In this document: positions 13,698 to 27,754 of the stretch, in pieces | How positions within the stretch are numbered: the first letter of the stretch is position 1 | Layout: the number at the start of each line of letters is the position of its first letter | NCBI RefSeq assembly: GCF_009914755.1 | Contig: NC_060932.1 | Direction: 5' to 3' (one strand) | Source: the human T2T-CHM13v2.0 reference genome, Homo sapiens | DNA: 64,000 nucleotides | Notes under the pieces: model-generated | Told to the model about the DNA's origin: nothing | Databases searched by the model: none | What the model saw: the letters and a program-made list of their open reading frames with translations, nothing else | Program-made: the position numbers and the translations under genes

Positions 13698-14328
13698 TTA
13701 AGGCCCTAAGCACAGTCACTTATACCAGGGCTCGTGTATATATCCAGTGTGGGTCATGAGTAATGCCAGGGATTTTTAGGCCTCCGGATATCACAGCAGA
13801 GGTCTTGCTCATTGAATGCAAAATAAGGATGGATTAAAAAAAAATCAATTGCTGACATTGTTCAAAAAAACCCCAAAGAAACCAAACAAAAGAGTTTGGC
13901 AACTGGAGCACATTTTTTAACTTCCAGGGCTGCTTATTTGGTTCTTCCTCTTCTGAGAACAGGTCTCTCCATTCCTTCTGCCATTTGGGTTGGTGCCCTG
14001 GATTCCTCACCACAGGACTGTGGACAATGGACAATGCCTTCATTCCAGGGCTTGCAGAAAGAAAGAAGGAGCCTGTCAGACACAGCCCCATGCCCATCTC
14101 TCTGCTATTTCCTGCCTTTGGGCAACACCTGGAGAGGAGGTCCTGGGGTTTGGTTGGCACAATCAGGATCTGATCTCCCTCACCTCTCTTTCCAAACAAA
14201 CTTCATTATTTGAAAACATTGAAAGGAACCAAATGGAAAAGGAAACCTGTGAGCTATCAGGCTGCCTGAAACTGGATAACAGTCTAGGTTGTTGACAGGT
14301 GCCCTCAGGGACCCATGGTGTTAGTGGG

Positions 14329-14691
14329 TGATATGGTGTGGCTGTGTCCCCACCCAAATCTCATCTTGAATTATAGCTCCCACAATTCCCACATGTTGTG
14401 GGAGGGACCCAGTGGGAGATAATTCAATCATGGGAGTGGTTTCCCCTCATACGGTTCTCATGGTAGTGAATAAGTTTCACGAGATTTGATGATTTTATAA
14501 GGGGTTTCCTCTTTCGCTTGGGTCTTATTCTGCCTTGTCTGCCACCATGTAAGCTGTGCCTTCCGTCTTCAGCCATGATTGTGAGGCCTCCCCAGGCACG
14601 TGGAACTGTGAGTCCATTAAGCATCTTTTTCTTTATAAATTACCCCATCTTGGCTATGTCTTTATCAGCAGCATGAAAACGGACTAATACA
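14329..14691 (+). mobile_element. THE1 solo LTR (MaLR)
   Basis: tgatatggtgtggctgtgtccccacccaaatctcatcttgaat...ggactaataca. Confidence 0.92.
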
Positions 14692-14699
14692 GCAGGACT

Positions 14700-15078
14700 G
14701 CAATGGATGCTGTGGTGTGCCACTCAGATGCCCTATTCAGGATCGAGGCAGTCATTCACAGCTGAGTCCCTCCCCAGGAATCTCCCTCCAAGGGAGAGAG
14801 CTGGCTTGCCCAAAGTTGCACTGCTCCCCTGGTACAGCCAGTGTTACATGACTGTTTGATGTGGGGTGCAAAAGCCTGGCCCCCTTGCTCCACCTTGGAC
14901 ATCTCAGCTTCCAAGCTTCCTGTGGGATCAGCAACGCCCCTGTTGCAACTACATCACAGTCACTCTCTCTCTTGCTCAGTGCTGCTTAGACCTGTTGACC
15001 CCCAAAAGCTATTCCCTCAAATCTTCCTACACACAAACCTCTGTCTGAGTCTGGTTCCAGGCAGCCCAACCTAAGACA
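14700..15078 (+). mobile_element. LTR16-like ERVL LTR
   Basis: gagtccctccccaggaat...gcttgcccaaagtt...ctctgtctgagtctggttcc...aacctaagaca. Confidence 0.65.
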
Positions 15079-15102
15079 GGAGCTCTCCTAACTTTACTTT
15101 AC

Positions 15103-15178
15103 CGAGAGTTAAATAGGCCTTCTGCAAGTCGCCTGATGTTTCTTCTTCAATGGCTTCTTCTATGTCTTTGCCAATGAG
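15103..15178 (-). CDS. ANXA13: ANXA13 exon 10 (LIGKDIEEAIEEETSGDLQKAYLTL-V)
   Basis: CTGCAG|CTC...CTC G|GTAAAG; 76 nt. Confidence 0.96.
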
Positions 15179-17904
15179 CTGCAGCGAAAACCAAAATCAA
15201 CTGTTATTCCAGGTTTGCCTTTGACCTTAGTACTCTTGGGGTTGTTCCTCTACAAAAAGCACTCAAGTTTTCCAGATTTAGTCCTGTGGCTTCAGGGAAC
15301 TGCTATCCTGACTCTTGCCTTGTAGGATTGGGGTGTTTGCCACCCATTCGAGAGAGGGCTCTCGTTGCTGAGGAGTCAGTCTAGATTTGACTCCCAATGG
15401 ATTTGACCTTAGTGCCACTCCCTCAACCTCAATTTCCTCATCTGTAAAATTTGGGAGTGGAGAAACAATTAATATATAATATATATTATAATATATATAA
15501 TTAATATATTATATATACTATAATCATAGATTTTTTTTTTAACATTGATGTGTAGTTTAGTTCCCATGTGTTCTTCACCCTTTCCAGTTTCAATTTCCCA
15601 GGAGGCTGTGGTTATGATCATCTGACATGCACCTCCATCCTCTCCCTTGTCTTGGGACCAGGGACTTAGTCACAGTTTGAGTGAAATAAGTAGGCATGGT
15701 GAAGTTCATGATAACAACTTGATCTAAAGTTCCTGAGAGGGTGGGTCTGCAAGGGCTGGGAGCCGGGGGTGCTGACCACATCAAAATGCCACTTGTCTTC
15801 ACTCTGGGGTGATTCCAAATAATCCTATATTCACCACTGGCTCACATATTGCTCTGCGCAGCATTACACATTAGGTTTCTTTCTAAATATTTACAGAAGC
15901 TGAAGTTCAGAGTAAATTGTGACTATCCTTAACACAAATACTGCCCGGGCCAAGCTCAGGGCAGGCACATAAAGAGAAAGGAGAATGCTTTGCTGGGTTT
16001 GGAGAAATGCAATTAAGCATTAGAAACACTGAAATTTCTTTCTTAGAAATTATCTTTTGAGGATATGACACAATTGATTCTATAAATAATTGGGGACTTT
16101 GAGTATGCACCAGTGGAGTTTATGTGGTTTATTTTGAAAACACAGGTAAACAAAATGTTCTTTGTGATGTAAGCACAATATATGTCAGGGGAGGAACTGT
16201 GTCCAGATTTAATGAAGCCCTGTTGCTTGATCTCCTAGTCATTGTTTGCATATCTGGAGGCCTTGGTGTGTGGCAATAGAAACCAGATTAGAAGAGTGGG
16301 GGAACTGTCCCTTCCTTAGCTGCCCCCAGTCTTTTTTGGGTTTGATGTGGGAGTCATTATTTTGGAAGGGATTGGTATCCCTTTCCCAGAAACAAGGTTC
16401 TTGTTCTGTAGACTGAGATCATACTTCAAGAGAACATTTTGTTCACACAGGTCTTGTTTACTTTAAAAAATCCTCACATTAAACCGTTTTCCATTTCTAT
16501 TGTTAATACCAGGCTAGAGCAGGGATTTTAAATTTTCTGTAGAATCTCAGCCTACAAAACAGATGAAAGCAGAAAGCAGAGCTGTGCTGGGAGGCGGGAG
16601 GTGGGCTCCTTTCCCTTGCCATTGGCATCTATACCATGTTTTTGCCCGCTCAGGTTTTTTCCTTGCACAACTCCAGGAGGCGCTATTCACACACTGCAAC
16701 AAGAAGGTACTGCCCTGTCTGCTTCCTGCCCCACCCTACTCCTGGTAGCTGCTGAGGCGTCTCCGTGGGACACAATCTGAAACAATGGTCTGGCCCAAGC
16801 TGTTGGGACTGTACTTTGGATACTTCTCACTTCAGTTACTGCAACGTGATTCTTAGGGGCTCTTTGTACAGAAGCAGATTTTCTGATCTCAGTAGAAAAA
16901 CACATTATAAGGGTAGATTCCAAACAAGTCTCTAAGACTCTAGTTAAACAGGCAGCAATGCCTGCAGGGAGGTTATTAGAGGAGCAGGGGAGACATTTCT
17001 TTCTTTGAAAATCGGTTTCCCCAAATGGACGGCACGCTGACAGCAGAGCCCTCTGTGCTCTGGCACTGACTATAGCAGTTAGAGGGCTGAAGCCTCTGGC
17101 GTGGAATAAGGAACATGTACAGGGGAGGGGCAAAGGGTGAGGCACGCAGTGAGGTGGCAGCAAAGTGGGCTATGGGTATGCATACCTACTGTTTATGCTG
17201 AGCCCTGTTTGGGGACTTTACTTTGGTTTTATAGCTATATAAGTCTTTCATATTTGGTAACGCTGGGGACTGTAATAATCCTGCATGATGCAGAAGTTTG
17301 GGAAACTGTTGCGTGGCCTGGGATTGCTGGGAGTGTCAGAAGTTAAGACTCAGGCTTAGAGCATAAATAAATGGCAAAACCCTGAGTTTTTGTGCTGAAA
17401 ATTAAAATTCAACCCTAAGCCAGGACGACTCATGCCACATAAGAAACTCCAGTGATCTCAGACTAGCATCTCTGTGCTTTTGGTCAGAAGCCATCAGAAA
17501 AATCATAGAACCAGGGTCTAAGAGCAGGCTGAACTCTAAAAACATCAGCAATAAATATCAAGAATGACACTTGAGCAAGGCTTTTGAAATGGATGAATAG
17601 ATAGCATTTTAGAGCTGGTTTCATGTAAAGAATCATCAAATCCATAGATTACCTTATTGTACATATAAGCTTTAGCCCTGATTTTTGGCACTGTCTGTTC
17701 ACCCAGGGAGACGCCCGACAATTGCTAATGTTCATTGAACGCCTACTGCATGCCAGGGACTAACTGCTTATTTCTGTTAACTCATTTAATCCTTATTAAC
17801 CCTATGAAGTAGGTACTATTATCCCTATTTTACGTTTGGGAAACCGAGGCACAGAACCCTTAATAACTTGCACAAGGACATACAGCTGTAGCCTAAAGCT
17901 GACT

Positions 17905-18075
17905 TCTTAAACTGTAATATACATTAAAATCACCTGGAACACCTGCTCTAACACAGATGGTCAGGCCCTAGCCCCGGGGAATCTGATTCAGTAGGTCTGG
18001 TGGGGACTGAGAATTCTCAATTTAAACAAATTCTCAAGTGATGCTGATGGTGCTGTTTCAGGATCAACTTTGAGA
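17905..18075. mobile_element. MER5A-like MITE
   Basis: aatcacctggaa...tctgattcagtaggtctggtgggg...gtgatgctgatg. Confidence 0.7.
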
Positions 18076-19129
18076 TATTAGCCTGGAGAGTGTACTTTCA
18101 GGTAGTCAGTTCATACACACACACACACGTACCCAGAAACTCCATCTGTGGGCTCCGTAGTGTGGGAGGAGGATCTCAGTCATAGAGAAGTCCTCCAGCT
18201 CAGAGGCTACGCAGCTCCAGGAACAAGAGACCAGGGGAGTGCAGGGTCAGCTGTCTTTGATCATGACTCTGGGCACGATTTGAAAGGAGCAGGCCCTAAA
18301 GGCTTATATACAGTCATGATAAAATTCCAAAGCTTTATTGTCTTTTTATCTGCTGGCAACACATAGGAAATGCTATTTGGAGTGAGGAGTGGCCAGCTTC
18401 AGCTGAGGTAGGAGCTCAGGCCGGGGAGTCTTGGAGTTCTCATCCACTCTCTGCTACCAACTTGCTGTGTGGTCCTGATAAGTTACAGATGGTTCCTCAC
18501 TCAACAGACTTTCCTTGTCCAGCAGTTGTGGGTCACAATAGTTGTTCGGCCTACATTATAGTTACCCTGTTGTTGTGAAACTGAATGAGACACAGAACAT
18601 AGAAGTGCTTTGAGCAGGTAAAAGCACTCTACACATATAAAATAGGATGCCAAAAAAAAAATCTGATATTCCACTCCAGGCGTTTTGCAAGTAAAGACTG
18701 CTTTTCAGGGAAGGACTTACTGCTAAGGGCCTTGAAATAACTAACTCGCTTTGTGGGCTTAAATTTATCCTGGGATTAAAATATAATTTATGTGCATCTT
18801 TTCAGGAGGCTATCTTTGAGGTACCTCATATCTGTCTTGAGAATGGTGGGCACTGTTAGCCAACTGTAAACTGGAGTAATAGTAGCAAACATTAGTATGC
18901 TTGCCACATGCCAGCTCAACTGTTCTGAGTCTTTATCTTATTTAACCTTAAAATCACTCTGAGGGTGTGAAGATGATGTTCACGGTTCCTGTTCTACAAA
19001 CAGGATGGAGAGATTTGGTCACTTGCCAGTGGTAGACCCAGGATTTGCACCTGGGCTCTTGGACTCTAGAGCTTCTCCCCTGAATGGGACACTTGCTTCC
19101 CTGGCGTCTGTTGTGAAGCCGGTTTCCAG

Positions 19130-19325
19130 CCTGGGTACTGCATCTGGGGCTGGAGGATTCTTGGTGGTGGGCTGTCCTGTGCACTGCAGGCTGTTTAGCG
19201 GCATCCCGGGCCTCTGTTCACTAGATGCCAGGGCCACCACCCCCAGCTGTGACAACTCCAGATAATTCTAGACATTATCAAATATTCCCTAGGTAGGAAA
19301 ATCGCCTCCAATTGAGAACCACTGT
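19130..19325. mobile_element. MER20 hAT-Charlie MITE
   Basis: gggctgtcctgtgcactgcagg...ctagatgccag...ttgagaaccactg. Confidence 0.8.
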
Positions 19326-19428
19326 TGTAAAGGATCCCCAATTCCTTATTGCAGATCTTGGCTTCTTTTGGAAATAACTTAAGACACTTTCAGAGTGAAC
19401 TCTTTTGCCCCAATACTTTATGACTTAC

Positions 19429-19530
19429 AATTTGATAGGCTTGAAAGGTGGCTCGTAACTGCTTGTAGCTCCTCTTGGCCAGGACTTCATTGAACGCAAG
19501 CTCATCAGTGCCCCAGCGGCCTTCCCCTGC
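19429..19530 (-). CDS. ANXA13: ANXA13 exon 9 (AGEGRWGTDELAFNEVLAKRSYKQLRATFQAYQI)
   Basis: CCTTGAG|GCA...ATT|GTAAGT; 102 nt. Confidence 0.94.
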
Positions 19531-19942
19531 CTCAAGGGTCAAATACAAACACTTTGAAAAAGGCTTTTGTGAAAAGACTGATTATGCAGTGCTGTGACTA
19601 GGCCTCACTGACAGGAAATTATAAACTATGCATTGAATAGAAGTCAAATGGACTAAGCACTTTCAGCTTCTAACCCACAAATGTATTTCACATACTTATT
19701 TATATTGTTTATACCATTCTTTGTTCCAAAACAGATCTGATGTGGTCAACCCCAGAGTATAAGAATAGGAACCATTCATTTAGATTCATGGAGACTATAT
19801 ATATGATCTAGAAAGATCTAAGCATATCTTTGTTTCTTATTTCCCAAGTAACTCCTCTTTGCATGAAATAAACATTTGTTGAAAATAATGCTAATAAATT
19901 TAAAAAAAGAATTTGCAGAGACTGGCATGTCTGCACACATAC

Positions 19943-20011
19943 ATCATACAGATCTTTGGCATCCTGACCAGCTAGATCTTTGTCCACGTCATCTCCTTCA
20001 TTGCGATTAGC
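19943..20011 (-). CDS. ANXA13: ANXA13 exon 8 (ANRNEGDDVDKDLAGQDAKDLYD)
   Basis: TTTTTCTAG|GCT...GAT|GTATGT; 69 nt. Confidence 0.96.
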
Positions 20012-20409
20012 CTAGAAAAATTGACACATTGTTATTAACTTGCATTCCTGCTTGACCACAGAAAACAAACTAACAAAAAAAACAAAGTCCTGGAGAAAGA
20101 GGTGAATTCTTTCTCAGCTCAGCTCAGTTCAGCCTGGCAAGGAGGAAACACCTGCTCTTTGCTGCCATCTTTTGGGCACAATGGATAAACAGAGGAGCTT
20201 CTGTGGCAACACTTGGTTTTGCCTTTTTTTTTTTTTGTAGAAACCAGAGTCACCCACACACCCCACTGACCTCTGAGCAGACTGAGTGCGATCTCTGGTT
20301 TTCCCTAGAATGAGTCCCCTCTTCGTTTCAAAATATCAGATTTCACCACTCAAGGTCCCAGTCCTAAAAAACCCTGAGAGCTGGTCATGGAAGTCTAACT
20401 TGAGCCCTT

Positions 20410-21075
20410 TGTGGTGGGCAGAATTCTAAGATGACCCAATGGTCCACATCCTTGTATAATCCCCTTCCCTTGAGTGTGGGTGAGAGCTATGAATGTGAGG
20501 AGATGCCACTCCTGTGATTGTGTTATATTCAATGGCAAAGGGGAATTTTGCAGATATAATTCAGGTCTCCAATCAGCTGAGTCCACCAAAAGGGAGATTA
20601 TCCTTGGCCGGCCTGACCCAAATGAATGAGCTCTTCTTAAAAGGTCAGAGATGGAAGAAGTCAGAGAGATGAGCTGCTGCTGGACTGGAAGAAACCAAAC
20701 AGCCATGTGGTGCACTGCCTTGGGGGACTGTGTGGAAGGGAGCTGCTGGCGGTCTCTAGGAGCTGATAGTAGCTTCTGGTCAACAGCAAGAAAATGGGGA
20801 CATCAAACACAGACATAAGGAAATGAATTCTGCCAACAATTAATGAGCTTGGAAGAAGACTCTGAGCCTCAGATGAGATGGCAGCCCTGGCCGACACCTT
20901 GATTTCAGCCTGTTGATAACCTGACCAAAGGACTCAGCGAACCCAAATATTATTCAGCTGGATCTCCAAGATACTACTTGGACTCCTGACCCATGGAAAC
21001 TGTGAGATGATAGATCTATGTTGTTCTGAGGTGCTAAGTTTGTGGCGATTTGTTATGCAGCAAGAGAAAACTTAA
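20410..21075 (+). mobile_element. MLT1 (E/F-like) MaLR LTR
   Basis: tgtggtgggcagaattctaagatg...gctaagtttgtggcgatttgttatgcagcaa. Confidence 0.8.
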
Positions 21076-21733
21076 ACTCTCTTCCTGCTGCAGTGGAAGC
21101 CTCTCTCTTCTGTTCTCTGCTGTCAGTGTATCCCATTGGGAGAAACAAAACAGAGAAAATGCACAGAGCTCGTAAAGATGAGTGTGTCCATAAGAATACA
21201 GATGTGTCTGTCTAGAGGTCTCGGGGGGCTGTGTCCCAGCAGGGCCAATTCTGAAAGCCCTGATGTCCTGGCTGAGTTTCTTGTTGTAGTCCTTACAGGC
21301 CCAGGATCCAGTGAATCCTGGAAGTAATTGTAGAGTTGTGTTGTGGAAGCGGCCCTGCTTGGGGTCAGATAGTCTGGTTCTTGCTTCTGGGCTGTCTCTT
21401 ACTGGCTGCATGAACCTGGGCAGGTTACCCACCCTCTCATGGCCTACATTTCCTCACTGGCAAAATGACAAAGTGATGCTTAATGAGCCGATTCATTTAC
21501 AAAAAGTGATTGTAAACTGCAAATGACTAGGCAGATTGTTTATATGGAAGTAATTCCAATTGAATATAATTTCACCAGAGCTGGGCTGATGGAGCATGGG
21601 TTGATAATCCCTTGATAATATTTTTAATATAAGAAAGAAATGTTTATCTACGTTACCCTTTTTCATCATGGTGCCATGTTGCCAAGGATTCTTTCCTAAG
21701 ATGATAAAACAGGTGACACCTCTTTCCTCTTAC

Positions 21734-21813
21734 CTGCAGCAGAGACACCAGGATTTTTTTTAGGTTTCCACTTGTATCACCTTTGACATCTGATTCGAGG
21801 CTCCTATCAAATA
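21734..21813 (-). CDS. ANXA13: ANXA13 exon 7 (L-FDRSLESDVKGDTSGNLKKILVSLLQ)
   Basis: TTCGAAG|TA TTT...CAG|GTAAGA; 80 nt; preceded by a 106-nt intron. Confidence 0.96.
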
Positions 21814-21919
21814 CTTCGAAGGAAGTAAACAAGGAGGGAAGAAAGCAGATGATTTAGTTTCCCAGAGGTATTTTGAAAGAAACATACTTTATCCAAAGCC
21901 AGAATGAAAAGTCACTTAC

Positions 21920-21953
21920 GCCTTTGGTAGGCCTCTTTAATGGCGATGATTTC
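21920..21953 (-). CDS. ANXA13: ANXA13 exon 6 (EIIAIKEAYQR-L), 34 nt
   Basis: CCCTAG|GAA...AGG C|GTAAGT. Confidence 0.96.
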
Positions 21954-23119
21954 CTAGGGAAGGTAATTTACAAAAAAATCAATATTCCAAGGAGGGATTA
22001 ATCAATAAGAGATACAGAGAGAAGAGGCGGGAGACCATGTCTGGACACAAAGTGCCTTCAAGACTTCCTCTTAAGATGGTCACCCCTATAGGTCCAGGGC
22101 ACACGCCTGGAGCGAGTCCCTGGAGATGTGACGGCCCGCCCCCCCCCCACTCCGCCCACCTCTGCAAACATCTCTAACACACAAGTGACAAATGCATGCA
22201 TTCTCTTTCTTTAAATGTGAGAAGTTTACAGCTAGGCTAACACCTTCTTTCACCACCTCCTCGCCTGGTCTCACTCTCTCTTCCCCACTCAGGTAACCCA
22301 TGTTAGAAGTTCAGTGCGTATCAGAAAGATACACAGATTTTTTTTTTTGCGTTTGTATATATATGTGCTACTGAAAACAGAATTGTATAGGTGTCATGTG
22401 TTTAGCAGGTGGAATACTGTACCTATCATTCCTTGACTTAGTTTTTCTCTCAATAATAATATCCCGGAGATCCAGCTATGCTTGTACATGGATAGTCACC
22501 TAGAGTTTTTTAAAGGGACACAAAATATTCCATACTACAATAAGCTACGGTTTACTTAGCCAACCTCCTATTGATGGAGGCTTAGGTCGTTTCCAAGTTT
22601 TCTCTCCTTCAAACAAGGCTTCGTTCAGTAACAGACTGGCTGCGTGCAGGAGTGCTAGTTTCTCTTGAGGGTGTGTTCTTGGAGAAACTGCTTTATATTT
22701 CAATGTCTGGTGCCAAGGGGTGCACCTCAGGAGCTGCCTCAGTTTACACTTGAACCAGCAGCTTGTAAGAGCAGGCTTCCTGCTCCCCCCGCCCCCCACC
22801 ACCAAGCTGGCTAAAATGAAAGTCAGTAGGTGGTGATTGGGAGAAGGTGGTGATGGGGAGAAAGCGGTGGGGAGCCTCACTGCTCCTGGGTGGGAGGGAA
22901 GGGCAGGCTAGGTGCTGGGGGAGGCTGATCACTTGTGTTTGTGCAGCTCCCTCCCTTTTCTCCTTCCAACCCGTGACCAGGATCTGCCTGAACCTGGCAC
23001 CCACTCTCTGCAGGTTTTTCTTCTCATCCCATCAGATCTATTTGATTGATAGAGAGGCCTTGCTTATTGGTTGAAGCCAGGAACTTAAAGAAACTACGCT
23101 GAGGGAGAAAAAGCTATGA

Positions 23120-23456
<337 letters not shown>

Positions 23457-24619
23457 TAAAATTAACCTTTTCACAAAGGCAGGTGCTGACCGCCCTGGCG
23501 TTGGCTGCCTCCCTGCTGGGACCTTGGTGCTTCTGAGAAGGGTGGATGCTGAGTGGGGGAAGTTGTGTGCCTCTTGGCCTCAACTCACACTCCCGGGGGG
23601 CCTGTGCTAACCCTCCTCCGAAGCATCATCCCAACCTGAGACTCCTTGAAATGGAGGATTTTTATTATCTTGTGGGGAGAAAAGAAGTCCGGGGATGCTC
23701 CAGAAAAGGTTTGCACCTGTAGCCTGGACCCTGGCGGCACTTCAGGAAAAGAGGCTGAGCAGCGTGAACGTGGCCCAGCACCCAGGCCTTCTCCAGGCAT
23801 TTTTGTGTCAGGGCACTGTTTGCATTTTGCCTGCTGTCTGCTCCAACCTCTGCTTCTATTTCCTGCTGAGAGGCCTCAAGAATGTTGGGCTCTTCTGGCA
23901 TTTTCCTTGCTGGGCTGCCCCATTCTGCTGTCATGTGTGGTTGCTGAAGAGGGAGGGGTCTCTCCTGTGAATTATTTGTGGACCCTCTTGACTTGATGAG
24001 TCCCTTGGTTCTCCTGGCTTCTGGAGCCAGAGACAAATAGTTCTCCATGGGGCCTCAACAAATGCTCTCTTCAGCCCCTGCAAAGGTGGCATGTGCTGAG
24101 GGACATCCCTCTGTCTGATGACAGAAGGACACACAACCCTTCAGGGTAGTACTGGCAGCCACTGGGGTGTTCACTGGCATCCCCCAGCACCACTCACCTC
24201 TCTTCCTCATTATAGTCTCTTTTGTACCCTATGCTAGCTGACCGCCATAGCCCAGGCAGTGGCACAGACATGCTTGGGCTGCTTGTTGATTTTTCATGTC
24301 AGAAGAGCCGCAAAGTCAGGCTGGGTGGGGGAAAGTAGAATTGTGCCTCCTGCTTATAAAAGCATCAGTTTAGAAAAGCAGAAGCTCGCTGGACACAGCT
24401 CTTCTGAAAAGATCGATTCTGTTAAGTGGCAGCAACACCAAGACTGACCTCTGGAAGACTGGAAGAGATGTCCTCCCACATGGACCAAGCACACATATGT
24501 CTCCCCAGACACCTGCTCAGTCCATGGATAGAATGCTGGGAAGTAGGGTCCCTTCTGGGGGGCTGCAACCATCTCTATTGGGTGTGTGATGCTCCCTTGC
24601 GGGCTCAGCTGGGACTGAC

Positions 24620-24790
24620 CTTATTGGTCCTCGTGCACAGGACCTCAATGAGGACGGACTCATCTGTGCCCAGACCCTTCATAGCCTTCTGCAGCTGCCG
24701 GGCGGCGTACTCGCTGGGATGGTCCAGAAGGGCCAACGCTGTCTTCTCGAAGTTTCCACTCAGCTCACTCTTGAGTACTTCCTCCAGCTC
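24620..24790 (-). CDS. ANXA13: ANXA13 exon 5 ([28 protein letters not shown]...VLCTRTNK)
   Basis: GGTAG|GAG...AAG|GTCAGT; 171 nt, 57 codons. Confidence 0.97.
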
Positions 24791-25199
24791 CTACCAGAAG
24801 ACAGTGAGAGACGTGCTGGGAATGGCCCAGGAGGAGAGGGGCAGGTGTCTGCTTGCACTATTGCAAGTGCTCATAGTTGACAAGAAAGGTGCTGTGGACA
24901 TGAATTCTGCCAACCTGCAACCTGCTGAGAACATGCAACCTGCTCTCAGCTGCCCATCCACGTTTCCCCAGGGCTGGCAGAGAGGCAGAGAGGAGCTCCC
25001 TGCTCAGGGCTGGAGACCTCACCGATGAATCACAATAACAACAGTATCTGTGGAACATTTGAGAGCTCAGAGAGCTTTTTCAGCCAGTCTTCAAGATCGC
25101 TGAAAAAATCCTCAAGATCTGTTGAACCTGATAAGATGAAGAATTTTCCCCAAATATTCAGCTAGGAAGGGCTGAAATACAGGGCTGTTATCTCTAGGA

Positions 25200-25325
25200 C
25201 TGGAGAATTTGTCATCCAAATTGGGATGCCTTTCAGTGTGAAAGGGGGCACTATTAGCAATTGCAGAGGATAACAGGAATAAAGAGGATTGTCATGGGAA
25301 GAACGACGGCCTGTACCGTCACTTC
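25200..25325 (-). mobile_element. MER94-like hAT-Blackjack MITE
   Basis: aatttgtcatccaaattgggatgcctttcagtgtgaaagggggcactatta. Confidence 0.6.
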
Positions 25326-25415
25326 CGTTATCTCGCTAAATCCTGGAAGGGACACAGGTGAAGAAGAATGCAGGTATGTAGAAGGGGAAGTACATGGAAT
25401 TCTTACTGGCATCTG

Positions 25416-25714
<299 letters not shown>

Positions 25715-26910
25715 TGCCATCTATTCTGACAAGCACCTGTCTTCCTCTTTTCTTTGAGCACCCTCTTTTCACAAGAAAACTAACTACCTTCTCCCTGTCT
25801 CCCTCTGACAATGTGGTTTAACAGGAGAAATGGTCAAGGATGGGCATCAGCCTACCTAGAGTAGTTAATGCCCTAACTTAAACCAAAGACCTTCACATAG
25901 AGCGACAGCCTGGGATGGCTCAGATTGGAGGCCCATAGACAAGCTGGCATTTCAAGGACACAAACTATAGCATAGGGTGGGCAGCTCCCCAGCAGTGTGG
26001 CATGGTGGCAAAGAACACAGCCACAGTACCTTTGTGACCTTGGAAATGTACTTAATCTCACCAACTGTCAGTTTTCAGCTCTAGAAAATGGAGACAGTGC
26101 TAGACTGACCTCACAGGGTTTTTGGGAGAATTAAATGTGACAATCCTTGTCAATACTGAGCATTACTGCCTGACATATTTTAAACGGTCAATAAATGCTT
26201 ATCATTAATCTCCCATGCTGAAAAAAATTTTCTAAGAGGAGGCACATCAACTATTTTTCAAATGAAGCTCTGAGCTCTTGGCCTGGGAGAAAAACCCGGA
26301 ATATTTTTGTCCAAAGCCCTGGGATCTGCAGTCCTACAAGGGGGCTGTTATATTATGCCTCCGCCCCACAGTGGCTGCTCCAGCCAACACTGCATCTTGT
26401 GAAGGCAGGTCTGTGGTCAGTACTCTATGGTGTGGAGTCATCTAAAAATTGGAAATATATTTTCAGGCCAGATGGGCATTATATACAGCTGCAGAGAAGA
26501 AAAATCCCAGCTTCCCACTCTTACAAGCCACAGGCATAAAAACAAATCCTTGTGTGCTTACATTCTGACTGGACAGAGTAGAAGGCTCGGGATAGCTCAG
26601 CTCTACTCCTGGTTTTCCTGCTGACTCTGTTACCACGGGGTGGTTATTCTCTTTGGAGGTCAACTGACACGGGGCTGAGATTGGATCATACCTAACATCT
26701 TCTAGCTTTGCGTTGTTGGGATTCTAGATTATCTCTTTGGCAGTCTCAGTTCTCTGAAACACAGCTGAGAACCAGAAAGTAAGCAAATGATTGGCAAATG
26801 AAGTATCACAAAGTTTTGTGCCAGAACATGCCCATTTAAGTTTTAACAGGGCCCCTAGGCTTTCAGTTTGAATCCATTTACTCTTCTTTAGACTAAAGAC
26901 TAAAGATTAA

Positions 26911-27357
<447 letters not shown>

Positions 27358-27424
27358 TAGGGTGAATGTGTCTTGGGAGGCTACTGGAGTTAGGGATGTT
27401 GACAGGGATAAAAATTCAGCTTCA

Positions 27425-27754
<330 letters not shown>

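Noticed and set aside
24426-25028. 200-aa ORF antisense to exon 5
   Set aside because: Antisense shadow of the coding exon with a GTG start; no independent gene signals.
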